From NCBI GenBank assembly GCA_002269645.1, contig NIVC01002955.1, positions 62,001 through 126,000 of the forward strand: 64,000 nt of DNA. The letters run 5' to 3'. The notes under the pieces were generated by a model that was given only the letters and a program-made list of their open reading frames with translations, made no database searches and was not told where the DNA came from. The stretch comes from Macrostomum lignano (Eukaryota). Shown piece by piece: positions 50,494 to 61,082 of this stretch (positions are counted from its first letter, which is position 1; every line of letters begins with the position of its first letter). A program made the position numbers and the translations under genes.

Positions 50494-51708
50494 TTATTTT
50501 TTGTTAAACCGTGAAAGCAAAAGTTCTCTTGCTCTTTTATCGATATATTTTCTCTCAAGCATTTTGTCCAGGATGTTGACAAATTCTTTTCTATTCTCGT
50601 CTTTCATTCCGGTCTTTGCCGCTCCTAGAAGAACAGCTAACCGCTTGTAGAATTCAGGCATGCCTTTTCCGGAAGAGCTTGGAGGTGATTCGAATGATTG
50701 GTCAGAGGAGGAACTGTCATGTGGCGCTTGTCTTTGTTGAGGTGTGAATACTCTGTCATTGATTCGCTTCATTCGTTCTGGGGAGAGCCGCTCTAATTGT
50801 CGCCAAGTATCAGGGTTTGTATCTTTGTACTGGGAAATCTCATTTGGCCCTGCTTTTTCAAGCGCTTCTAGTACTTGTTCGGGTGTGATTTGTTGCTGTG
50901 GCGGTGGAGGTTGTTGTGGTTGTGGTTGTGTTTGTGGTTGCTGCTGTTGTGGTTGTTGTAGTTGTTGTTTTGGTTGCTGCTGTTGTGGTTGCTGCTGTTG
51001 TGGCTGTGGTTGTTGTGGTTGTTGTCTTATGACCTCTTCTTGATCCGGCAAACCAAACCATTGTTTAAAGTATTTGTATTTTCTAAACCTGTTCAAGTCA
51101 ATCCTGTTTTCATGTAAAACTTTCAAAACACCGTTGTTCTTGAGAATGTCTATGTCCCTCTCTAAAGCGAAGGTAACCAGATCTCTATAATTCTTTAATT
51201 GCTTCTCGGATATTTTTTCCTGATTTTTAGTCATGTAGTCGAGTAAACTTTGAGTGAAGGGGATTCGTTTAGTTTCTGCGCCTTTATTGATTGAAATAGT
51301 TTCCTTCGTCACTTCAATGTTGTAATCCGCCGGTTCCCCGGTGATATTTTTTCGCCAGGCGCTAATTCCAAATATATATTTTCCATCATCCGTTACGGGG
51401 CCAAAAAAGTTATCCGTCACTTTCATCTGCACTGGTTGTCCTGGTTGCTGAGCCTGTGGTTGTCCCGGTGAAGATGGGATTTTACCCAATGTGTTTTGCA
51501 ACTGGCTCTCTTGAATATCATCAATTGTTTCCTTCACAGTGTCGATGTTTTTCTTCGCTTCTGTGTATCCAGGTTTGTGAAATTCGGTGGCTGCTTGGAC
51601 GAATTCATTGTAAGATTGTTGTTCTTTGTTGATTAGTCCGGTAACTCGTTTCTCTGCTTGCGCCAGCTTTTCTAGTTCAGAGATATGATATGAACTTTTC
51701 CGCTTCAT
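50494..51708 (-). CDS. Polinton accessory protein with a Gln/Pro tract, 404 aa
   Basis: Intact ORF with poly-Q/P at 50890-51030. The C-terminal GKG..KRLAVLLGAAKTG..EFVNILDKML..YI resembles a motif recalled from other Polinton ORFs. Confidence 0.7.
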   Translation of the reverse strand: MKRKSSYHISELEKLAQAEKRVTGLINKEQQSYNEFVQAATEFHKPGYTEAKKNIDTVKETIDDIQESQLQNTLGKIPSSPGQPQAQQPGQPVQMKVTDNFFGPVTDDGKYIFGISAWRKNITGEPADYNIEVTKETISINKGAETKRIPFTQSLLDYMTKNQEKISEKQLKNYRDLVTFALERDIDILKNNGVLKVLHENRIDLNRFRKYKYFKQWFGLPDQEEVIRQQPQQPQPQQQQPQQQQPKQQLQQPQQQQPQTQPQPQQPPPPQQQITPEQVLEALEKAGPNEISQYKDTNPDTWRQLERLSPERMKRINDRVFTPQQRQAPHDSSSSDQSFESPPSSSGKGMPEFYKRLAVLLGAAKTGMKDENRKEFVNILDKMLERKYIDKRARELLLSRFNKK

Positions 51709-51738
51709 TTCTTATTTTATTTTATTTTTAGTTAAAAA

Positions 51739-53024
51739 ATGAACGACCCACTGACACCAGTTTTCTACAAAATTAACAAGCCTATTTTGAGTGATGATAG
51801 CACAATCAAAGCGACACAAGTTAGAGTTCCGAGTCACGAGAACCAGAATGAAACTAATTTGGGTCCAGGTCAAACACTGACATTTACATACAATGGATGT
51901 TCGTCTCTGGTTAGTGTGCACAGTCTTAAGAGCGGCTTCCATATGACATTTCAATTCAAGACAAAAGGTGGTGCGGATGCGGCTCGTGCTAACGTTGACA
52001 AGCATGATGCGGATGTGGCTCTGATCAGTAACTTTTGGGCGTACATGTTCAAGGAGTTTAGTGTATCGAATGGGAGCACTGAGTTGGAGCGAATCGCCAA
52101 CTTTGGAATTGTCTATGACGCTCATTGTTTGATCGAGAATCCTGATTTTATTCAGTTGGGAAGTGGTGCGGGTTTTATCGCAGATGAAAAAGAAGGAGAC
52201 ACAATGACAGTGGCTATAAAAATAGGAAGAAGAGATACAACTATGCATTGCAAGGTGCAGATGATGCTGCTAAGAACCCGCAGTATCGGTCTGTTGATGT
52301 ATTTGTACCATTGAGATTCATGAGTGGATTCTGTAATACATTTAATCGACTGACTAGTAACTTTAGCTACACATTTAGGATGACTAGAGATGATCGCAGT
52401 AGAGTGTTGTGGACTGGGGCGGACCACACAAGGATGGAGGTGAAGCTAACCGGAATCGAGCTGTATTTGGAAGTCATTGAGCCAAAGACTGCACTAAAAG
52501 CGGATTATCTTAAGGCAATAGAGAAGGACATTGATGTTGCATACACAGCCTACATGTGTCGAGATGAGCGAAACGAAACTAGAACAAATATCTGCATTAA
52601 AGAGGGATCATGCAGCAATCCAAGGTATATCATTATTAATATGAGAAACCCAAATAGCATCATACGCTACATGCATGGAGACGTGCGGTCCATTCAGCAT
52701 GAAATCAGTGATAATCTTTACCCTGCACTGCCACAAAATGGAGATTTCAGTCAGAACAAGATTAGCAAATTTTACAGCGAGTTGGTCGACTTGGCTGTGA
52801 AAGAGAACAATGGAATTGCTATCACTGCTCTTCAATATGGAACTCTATATCCGATGTTTGGCGCTGATGTGTCTGCCAGACAAATGCCTACTGATAACAG
52901 CCCTGTGAATATCGTGACTAACATTGAAAGGACTACCGCAACACCCGTGGACCTGTACATTATCTATGCATTTGAGAGGAAGGTGAAGCTTAACATGATC
53001 AACAATTCATCCAGTAAAGTTTAA
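51739..53024 (+). CDS. double jelly-roll major capsid protein with one frameshift at about 52203
   Basis: Size about 428 aa and position next to the ATPase and mCP; N-terminal SDDSTIKATQVRVP..LTFTY; after repair SGYKNRKKRY..VDVFVPLRFMSGFC; C-terminal LYIIYAFERKVKL. Confidence 0.75.
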
Positions 53025-53047
53025 ATATTTTTTTGTGGGTGAAAAAA

Positions 53048-53911
53048 ATGGAAGCTATAGCCGAAAGACTAAACAACATTGTTTCACACTCTAAGGAGAG
53101 CATTCCTATTACAGTAACCGGGCGAATTAATGACTCAAACGGGATATTTAATGAAAAATTAGAGCAGGCGATTCGCCTGGATCCAGGTGCTAATTACCAT
53201 GTCTATCTTAACGACTTCACTGGTTGGTCAAACGTTCCCAATGTGATGGCAGCAAATAATAAGTTTTATTACAAATGGAAAGGTGCAGCAGAAGACCCTG
53301 TGGTATTCCATGTGAGCACGCAAAGTGTGGATACCTACAATAACTTTCTAGAAAATGTCTTTACTAAGAGAGGCCATTTTGAGACACCTGATGCGAGTAA
53401 GCCAGAGAAGAAACTGTTCCCTGTCAAACTAACCTATGATCTCACTGTAATGAGAGTGGTCATGCAAGTTCACAAAAATGCGGAGGTTGAGTTTAAAGAT
53501 GACACTTGGTATAGGGAACTAGGATTCGAGAAGAAAGTTTATAAGGCAGAATCCGCGGCGCAGACCGCCACTCAAGCATCGGGGACTGTTAGAATGGTCC
53601 GGGAAAGTGTAAGCGGTTTGTTCTTAGCACCCAATATTGCAGACATTGTAAAGGGTTTGAATATTCTAATCAGAAGCAATCTCAGTCTTGATTGGGTATT
53701 TAAGGGAAAGCGAACGAATATTTTGTACAACATCTCCAACTCTGTTGCTGGAGGACAGATGGTGGTAGAGAAACCAAATCCAGTGAAAAGAGTTGTATTG
53801 AGTAATAAAGAGATTCACGAGATTGTGCTACAGTTTGAGACTGAAGATGGGATGGGCGTTGATTTTAATGGGGAAGAGTTTGTATTGACGTTGATCATTG
53901 AGAGAATGTAA
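53048..53911 (+). CDS. minor capsid (penton-like) protein
   Basis: AIRLDP..YHVYLNDF..NVPNVMAANNKFYY; C-terminal IHEIVLQFETEDGMGVDFNGEEFVLTL. Confidence 0.75.
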   Translation: MEAIAERLNNIVSHSKESIPITVTGRINDSNGIFNEKLEQAIRLDPGANYHVYLNDFTGWSNVPNVMAANNKFYYKWKGAAEDPVVFHVSTQSVDTYNNFLENVFTKRGHFETPDASKPEKKLFPVKLTYDLTVMRVVMQVHKNAEVEFKDDTWYRELGFEKKVYKAESAAQTATQASGTVRMVRESVSGLFLAPNIADIVKGLNILIRSNLSLDWVFKGKRTNILYNISNSVAGGQMVVEKPNPVKRVVLSNKEIHEIVLQFETEDGMGVDFNGEEFVLTLIIERM

Positions 53912-53915
53912 GAAA

Positions 53916-54152
53916 TCACAATTGCTTAATGATTTCTGCAAAGTTATAGTAGCTGTCGTAATCGTTAATGACTACTCCATACTTATGAAACCAGTGTCTT
54001 TGGAGAGCTAGATTAATATTAGGGACATTGATATCAACGTTGGGCCAATATTTTATCATGTACTCACTGCATTCCTTCTTGCATTGGTACTTACTCTTGT
54101 AATTAGGCTCGTCCGCTTTGTAATAAGAACCTGGAGAGACAACTGGAAACAT
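53916..54152 (-). CDS. 78-aa ORF starting inside the right TIR
   Basis: 40 of 47 N-terminal residues identical to the left-TIR ORF; AAAAATG start context. Confidence 0.6.
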   Translation of the reverse strand: MFPVVSPGSYYKADEPNYKSKYQCKKECSEYMIKYWPNVDINVPNINLALQRHWFHKYGVVINDYDSYYNFAEIIKQL

Positions 54153-55253
54153 TTTTAGAGAAAAATTAGATTTTTTTCAATGGGTAAGGACCCTGCGCTG
54201 ATGATTTAAAGTTTTAGGGATCTGGTTTCGCGTTGCGAATTGAATGTGGGGAGAAGAATGCAGATTATTTTCTGATTGTTTTAGAAATGTTATGGGTGGA
54301 TGTCGGTGTCAGTGAGCATAACAGGTGTTAGTGGACATCTGTTATGCTCTGATTCTGTCAGGGATGGCTACCGGACATTTGCCCTCCGGCATTTGCCCTC
54401 CGGACATTTGCCCTCCGGCATTTCCCCTCCGGACATTTGCCCTCGAGGACATTTGCCCTCGGGGACATTTGCCCTCCGGACATTTGCCCTCCGGACATTT
54501 GCCCTCGGGGACATTTGCCCTCGGGGACATTTGCCCTCCGGACATTTGCCCTCCGGACATTTGCCCTCCGGACATTTCCCCTCTGGAAAAGTACAGGTAA
54601 GGCTGGGGATAGGGTAGGGCGCGGGTATATATTGCTTACTAGAAAAGGATGAGTTGTTGGCTGGAGAAGAACCCGATGGATGCAAGAGGCGGGAGGATGA
54701 GGTTGGTGCTGGAGGAACGACGGGTGGGTACAGGAGGAGGTGAGGTGAGTAATGTGCGAGGGGGTAAATTTGCAGAGGGCAAATGTGCGGAGGGGAAATG
54801 TCCGGAGGGCAAATGTCCGGAGGGCAAATGTCCGGAGGGCAAATGTCCCCGAGGGCAAATGTCCCCGAGGGGAAATGTCCGGAGGGCAAATGTCCGGAGG
54901 GGAAATGTCCCGGAGGGCAAATGTCCGGAGGGCAAACGCCGCCGAGGGGAAGTGCCGGAGGGCAAGTGCCGGAGGGGAAGTGCCGGAGGGCAAATGTCCG
55001 GAAGCGGTCAGGGATAATAATGGATCGATTTAATAGGATTATGTTCGAAGTTTTCGGAGCAAGTGCGACCCCCTTTATTTCTGATTCTGTCAGGGATAAT
55101 ATGGATGGATTTAGGTGGATTATGGAGGATGTTTTGTGAGCGAGTGCGACCCCCCTTTTTTTCTGATTCTGTCAGGGATAATATGGATGGATTTAGGTGG
55201 ATTATGGAGGAGGTGAAAAATTTTGTCCCAGAAGCCCCCTCATGCCTTCTACT
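54012..55253 (-). repeat. Polinton right terminal inverted repeat, interrupted by a foldback MITE
   Basis: Reverse complement of 40421-41039 on both sides of the insertion. Confidence 0.9.
54366..55006. mobile_element. foldback-type MITE with modular TIRs (15-bp CGGACATTTGCCCTC units)
   Basis: Arms in inverted orientation; 9-bp TSD GTCAGGGAT at 54357-54365 and 55007-55015. Confidence 0.88.
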
Positions 55254-55305
55254 TAGGAATTTGCAACGTGGCACAAATTTATTTTAAGAATTTGCATTCG
55301 AGCTC

Positions 55306-55313
55306 TATAAAAG
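55306..55313 (+). promoter_or_regulatory. TATA box upstream of the WSC gene
   Basis: TATAAAAG about 100 bp upstream of the ATG at 55407. Confidence 0.45.
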
Positions 55314-55406
55314 AAAGAGAGGCTCAAGGCTGCCGAATCAAGTTTTCGACAAATACAGGAGTCTAGTAAAACAAACTCTCGAAGCAAAAAAGCAATTGAA
55401 GCAATC

Positions 55407-56998
55407 ATGCAGTTTGCAACTCTTGCTCTGTTCCTTCTTGTTGCGGTTTCAAGCGTCTTCGGAGGTAAGCCTCTATACTCGGGATGGATTAGTATGAATT
55501 TAATTGAAATAGTATTAGTATTATCTTATGTGTATTTGCATTAAAAATTATACCGGGCTTTACTTTCAGGCTACGTCAGTAAGTGCCTACGCGTCATTCT
55601 AATGCCAATTGATATTTATTCATAGATTTTTAATTACTAGCTGAAAGTAAAAATTAATTTACGCATTTATTTAATTTTGGCTTTACAATTAGGATGTATT
55701 TCACTGATTTCGTATTTTAATTCTGAGTATTTGCGGTGCTATTTTACCAACAATAACCGAGTTCCCATATCTCAATTTCAGATATAACAGGTAAGTATCT
55801 ATTAACCCCAAAACATATAAACGGCTAGGCTAAATAGGCTAGACGTTAAATAGGTGTACGCATTTATAAAGCAAGCATTCTCCAGCTACTTAGATAGAAT
55901 GCATCTTAATTTGGTCCGTTATGCCAGGTGACATTTTGACTCGACTCGCTGACTTCCTTGTCCTGTTGAGTCTGTTGTGTATTTGTGCGCTTCTTCAGCT
56001 TCTCTCTCGTGTTGACCCTTATCTTCCTCATGCCTTTGCGAGAGTGCCTTACCTTCATAATGCGTCTTGCCCTTCTGATGGACCATAATTTGTTTCATAG
56101 TGAAGCTGCAAAACCAATGCATATGTCTGACTATTCGAATCAATAGTTAGCCGCCACAGCGACCACTCCCTGGGCTTCGCAGCGACTAACACTACCTTAT
56201 ATGCGGCCAAGTTGATCTGCTTGCAGATGTGTTGTGACTCGGTAGCCTTGGAAATTGTATTCATATGTATTTATAATGCACTGGCGTACATTTCCTACCA
56301 ACAATAATTGAACTTTTACCAAAAAATTTCAGGAACATATTATAAGGGTTGCTTTTTGCATTTTGAGCATGAAAGTGCTCTAATTAGATTCGCCAAAGAG
56401 GACTCCAACATGTTTCTTCGTTCATGCATTTGGGCATGTCGAGACATGAAAAAACTATATTTTGGAGTACAAGAAACAAACTGCTATTGCGGAGACCAGA
56501 TCATATCAGAGCCGATTTTGCCATCACAGTGCGATCGCAGGTGTCCGGGAAACAACCGGGAAACTTGTGGTGGCAGTTTTGGTATGAGTATCTACGAAGT
56601 GCCACCTACTACGGCTGTAATAGTGCCGGGTAAGTGGACAGCCGTAGCCGTTTGATTTATTAGCTGTCAAAAATTTACAGAGTCACACTTTTGTGGTTTT
56701 TTCAGCACCGTCAAAGGGATGTTATTATTTTAAAAAAGATAAAGTCTTGGACTTCGAGTTGGAACAAAATTTTGCGGCTATGAACCAAAGAATGTGTGCT
56801 GAAGGCTGCTTGCAATGGTCATACAAATATTTTGGTCTAGCAAAAGGCAACGAGTGCCACTGTGGCAATAGAATACTGCAAGGAAAAGCAGCGCCTAACA
56901 GGCTCTGTAACGCTCGATGCAAGAAAGGCATTGAAAATGAAACGTGTGGTGGCCCTAAGGCAATGGAAGTATTCGATTTGCTTACTACACATATCTGA
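55407..56998 (+). CDS. secreted protein with two WSC domains, 221 aa; exons 55407-55464, 55570-55578, 55782-55790, 56333-56629, 56706-56998
   Basis: Signal peptide MQFATLALFLLVAVSSVFG. WSC motifs YKGCF..C...C....YFGVQ..CYCG..C...C.G...TCGG...MSIY and KGCY..C..GC..YFGLAKGNECHCG..C...C..ETCGG..MEVF. All introns are phase-1 GT-AG; exons total 666 nt. Confidence 0.82.
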
Positions 56999-57189
56999 GC
57001 CGAACAGCTACTGACTAGCTGGAATTTGACCAAAACTTTAAACACACTATCTAACAGCAGAATGTAACAGTTCAAGCTCAATAAACATTGTTTAATGAAA
57101 AATCTAAGATCTGCATAAAAATTGATGCAATGAAAAATGATTGAGTCATTTCTTTCTTTCATTAAATAACCATCGACTCGCACTGATAG

Positions 57190-58156
57190 TCTTTAAGTGA
57201 AAGTGGCAGAATATTCAAAGAGGCGCTTTGTCCATATGGGAAGAAATTGCTGTCATTCTTATATTCAGAAGCCTTCGAAGCAGCCTTCTCATCACAGTCT
57301 TCACTCGCAGCAACACACTTCTCCCATGGCTTAAGCATTCTTTCATCTTCCCCTGTTGCAACTAACTTGTGATCTTCTGATCTCTGTCGAGCTTTTTTTG
57401 ATCTGCGAGCTCTGGTCGGTTCTTTGAGCTTAGAGCTCGCAAGGTTCTCTTTGATCCACTGGCAAGGCCGGCATGTTTTCAGGTATCTTTAGTTTTATGG
57501 CTCCAGTTGGATCTGCAAGCAGACCCCGTCAGTTCTTGTTTTTTTCAGTTCTCCATGGTTGAGTCAGTCGGTTGGGATCTGCCCGTAGAGCCGGCCGGTC
57601 TTTCGGACCGAGGTTGGGTTTAGAAAGGTCCCGTCCCTAGTTTGAGTGCATTATCCACAGTCGGCTCGAAGCCATGATACAAGTTGATGAGTTATTCACG
57701 AGGGCCGCGATACCTATCTGGCCGCTCCACCTGACCAGGCAGGATGCCAAAAAAAGATTCCTCAAGGCTGGCTTGACACCAGAAGGTGGACCACTAGCGA
57801 CCGGACTACTCCCCGGCCTTCCAGCCTAGCAGCGCAGAGAACGCCTCAGGCGTTATAGGGCCGGGTACGTTTGTCAGAACCAAGGCCTGCAAGCCACATA
57901 CCCCAGTTCGGCCGGAGCTACTGGATGGGTCGCCAGCACCAGAGACCGAGGGTCTGCCTTGCACACCAGTGGGGAAGAGTTCTCTAAGTTGGCTAACGAA
58001 ACAGCTTGGGGGAGTCTGTGGCAAAAAGAGACAAATAGATAGTGCAGATCTCATACCAACCTTTACGTGCACAGTTGGGGGGGGGCGTGAAACATCGCAG
58101 ACCATAGCCCATAGGCCTAGTCTGTCTCGTACTACAGAGGCATTTTGAAACGCCAT
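57190..58156 (-). pseudogene. decayed coding-like fragment, possibly a retroelement ORF1/gag remnant
   Basis: GC-richer block with broken ORFs (MAFQNASVVRDRLGLW...; KTCRPCQWIKENL...); no diagnostic motif. Confidence 0.25.
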
Positions 58157-58164
58157 CGGGGGGC

Positions 58165-58260
58165 CCTCTCACCGATCACCAGCCATGAGTCACTTGTGCC
58201 CCTCACCGATCACCAACCATGAGTCACTTGTGCCTCTCACCGATCACTAACCATGAGTCA
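58165..58260. repeat. 34-bp minisatellite, left part (CCATGAGTCACTTGTGCCTCTCACCGATCACCAA)
   Basis: The same array resumes at 60725-60935 after the LINE. Confidence 0.88.
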
Positions 58261-60724
58261 CGGGGGGCAAATGGAAACTTAAACCGAGGGACTCTGTGAC
58301 ATCCGCCAGCTTTTCGCTCTTTGAGGAGGCTTTTCCGCCTTCTCTTTCGCTCAGGCCTGGCGTGGAAGCGGCCAGCTTCCTCGTTTTTGGTCTTCTGATG
58401 GAGGACGGATCCCCCCTGCTGCCTTTTTGCAGGGCAGGTGGCTGCGAAGTAGTGATGAAAGGCAAGGTGGCGTGCTGACTCCACTTCTTTGGAATCTCGT
58501 CATGGACGAGCTCCTAACCGCTGACATTCCCAGCAGTATCACCAGGGCGGGCTACGCCGATGACGTTGCCGCGGTCGTCAGCGGACCCGACCCCGCCACT
58601 CTGCGCAACCTGATGCAGCAATTCGCCGACAAGGCGGCTGACTGGGCCACGCAACATCGCCTAAAAATCAGCGTCTAAGACTGTTGCTGTCGTCTTCAGC
58701 AAGCGCCGTGCGTGGGAGATGCAAAACCTCACTGTCTATGGCAGAAACATCCCCTTCAAGAAGGAGGTCAAATACCTCGGTGTGACGCTAACGCATGACC
58801 TGCGCTGGACGAAGCACCTTGAAGACGTCATTTTCCGGGCAAAACGCTGCTTTGCCCAGCTGCGCAGAGCCATCGGGCTGACGTGGGGCCTCTCGCCAAG
58901 AACGTTCCGTTGGATTTATACCGGCATCATCCGGCCCAGCATCACGTACGCGAGCCTCATCTGGACTAGCGCGCTAGAGCAGAAGACCGCCCACGAGCGT
59001 CTTTACCAACTGCAGGGCAGAATCTGTCGCACCATCACAGGTGCGTACCCGTCAACCCCCTTTTTTATTAGAGGCAGGGGGGTTGTGTGCACCCTGGCGC
59101 AATTTAAGCGTCATTGGCACACAACCGGCGAGAGGCATTACTGCCCATTCCGCCGACTCCCCTGAGCAGGCATACAAGCGCGCGGATACGTTACGCAGGC
59201 ACACACTCACACAGGAGTGTACAGCGGCCCTAACTTTATGAATTATTAGGCATGTACACTTCACTGCGCCTTGGGGGGTTGGCTCTCAAGGCCGTTAATT
59301 GCACAAGCGAGCCAAGCCAAGATTCCAATCCAGCCCCAAATTAATGTGGCTGCACTTGGAATCGAGCCTGGGTCGCGGCACACCAGAGCAGCTGCGCTAC
59401 CGCTGGGCTACGGCCCCCCTTCCGTCAACCCCCTACGAGGGGCTGAACACTAGCCTTAATTTGCCTCCGCTTCACCTATTTATTACGGCGGAGGCTATGA
59501 AGTCCGCCTCTCGACTTATCAGAGACAAAACGTTAAATAACGTACCCTCTGACTTTATGCCAATGAAAACCCTAAGCCCACATATGGATTTTGTCCGCCG
59601 CGACCTCATTGTCCAGGTCCATGTGGATAGTCGCCTCCCCGCTCTCAACATCAGGAGGGGCTTCTAGGCCGCCATCCCTGGCCGAGACAGCATTCCGCTG
59701 AATGTCGGCGTGAACCGGCGCAGCCAGGGCATTCACTGCTTCACCGACGGCTCGTTGTTTAATGGCCACGCTGGAGCGGGTATTGCCTTATTCCACGAAA
59801 GTAAGATGCTCTTCTAAGAAAGTTTGCACCTCCTCGGTGAGAACACCTCGATTTTCCAAGCTGAAATTTGCGCCATTGAGCAGTGCGCCCAGCACCTACT
59901 CCAGGCGAACGATAATAACTTCAATATTAACTTTTACACTGATAGCAAAGCCGCTATCAAGGCTTTAACCACTGAGAAAATCTCCGCTGCTACAGTATCT
60001 CAATGCCACCGAGGTGTGCAATCTCTCTCAGTCCTTAACAGGATTAGAATTATATGGGCGCCCGGCCACATCAACATCCTGGGCAACGAGCTCGCGGACT
60101 TCCTCGCCAAGGAGGGCAGCAACCCAGACGGCAACCACCGTCTGATGAGGCTACCCACTCCCAGGTCGCAATTCACCCGCCATATCAACAGGTGGCTCCA
60201 TCAGCAGCACCAGCTCCACTGGAACAGCTGCACCGACAACAGGCAGAGCCGCTCTGCCATGCCTAACCTGAACAGGAAAGTCTCTGATTATCTGATCTCG
60301 CTTAACAAAACCGACCTCAGGGAGATGTACATGGTCTTAACCGGCCATGGTTTCTTCCAGAGACATATCTTGTTGCAAACCAGTTGCCCTCCCACCTGTC
60401 CTTTTTTGGCATAAGAAAGGAGACCGCGGAGCATCACGTCACCTTCTGGCCTTACTTCAATAAGGCGCGGCACGAATACCTCGGCCATCCCCAGCGGATG
60501 GACGAGCTGACCACCTCGGACAACATCCGTGACCTTCGAACCTTCGTCCGGGACTCCGGCCGGATGAGGGTCGCCGATGCCTCCACTGCAAACCTGCCGA
60601 CTACTGGCGGTGGCTGGGCGCACCCCCAGGGTTAATCCTTAAGCTCCTTTACCTTAGGGTTGCGATAGGGGCCTCGCGGCCTATTCGCGGCGCCTGCGCC
60701 CCCCGTCAGTAGTAAGTAAGTAAG
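58261..60724 (+). mobile_element. 5'-truncated, decayed non-LTR retrotransposon with RT and RNase H (Loa/R1-like)
   Basis: [45 protein letters not shown]; RNase [30 protein letters not shown]; (TAAG)n tail; 13-bp TSD TAACCATGAGTCA (58248-58260 and 60725-60737); several in-frame stops. Confidence 0.9.
59062..59421 (-). mobile_element. tRNA-derived SINE, copy 2, inserted in the LINE
   Basis: Reverse complement of 21915-22278 with scattered substitutions; 13-bp TSD CCGTCAACCCCCT (59049-59061 and 59422-59434). Confidence 0.9.
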
Positions 60725-60935
60725 TAACCATGAGTCATTTGTGCCTCTCACCGATCACCAACCATGAGTCACTTGTGCCTCTTACCAATCACCAACCATA
60801 AATCACTTGTGCCTCTCACCGATCACCAACCATGAGTCACTTGTGCCTCTCACCGATCACCAACCATGAGTCACTTGTGCCTCTCACCGATCACCAACCA
60901 TGAGTCACTTGTGCCTCTCACCCCAATCACCTACC
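60725..60935. repeat. 34-bp minisatellite, right part
   Basis: About 6 copies of the same unit. Confidence 0.9.
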
Positions 60936-61082
60936 AAGCTTCAGCTTGTAATTGGGATGCAGAAGGTACCTTGCTTCTGTCATGTATGCAGGTGTTTTAG
61001 TGGGTGTCTACCATGGTTGCAGGTGTTTTAGTGGGTGTCTACCATGTGTGCAGTTTGCTTGATTTTAAAATGTTTCTACATG

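Larger units (their letters stand above)
40421..55253. mobile_element. Polinton/Maverick (adintovirus-like) endogenous dsDNA virus, 14.8 kb
   Basis: Ends AGTAGAAGGCATGAGGGGGC...GCCCCCTCATGCCTTCTACT with about 600-bp TIRs. Encodes integrase, pPolB, adenain, ATPase, MCP, mCP and PLA2. The expected 6-bp TSD is absent. Confidence 0.95.

Noticed and set aside
54325-55139. GKCPE/PPDIC repeat proteins
   Set aside because: Reading frames through the 15-bp modules of a foldback MITE
56053-56098. Candidate first coding exon of dynein (MKQIMVHQKGKTHYE, phase-1 donor GTAAGG, minus strand)
   Set aside because: Phase-compatible with the acceptor at 39981, but there is no homology support and such matches arise by chance
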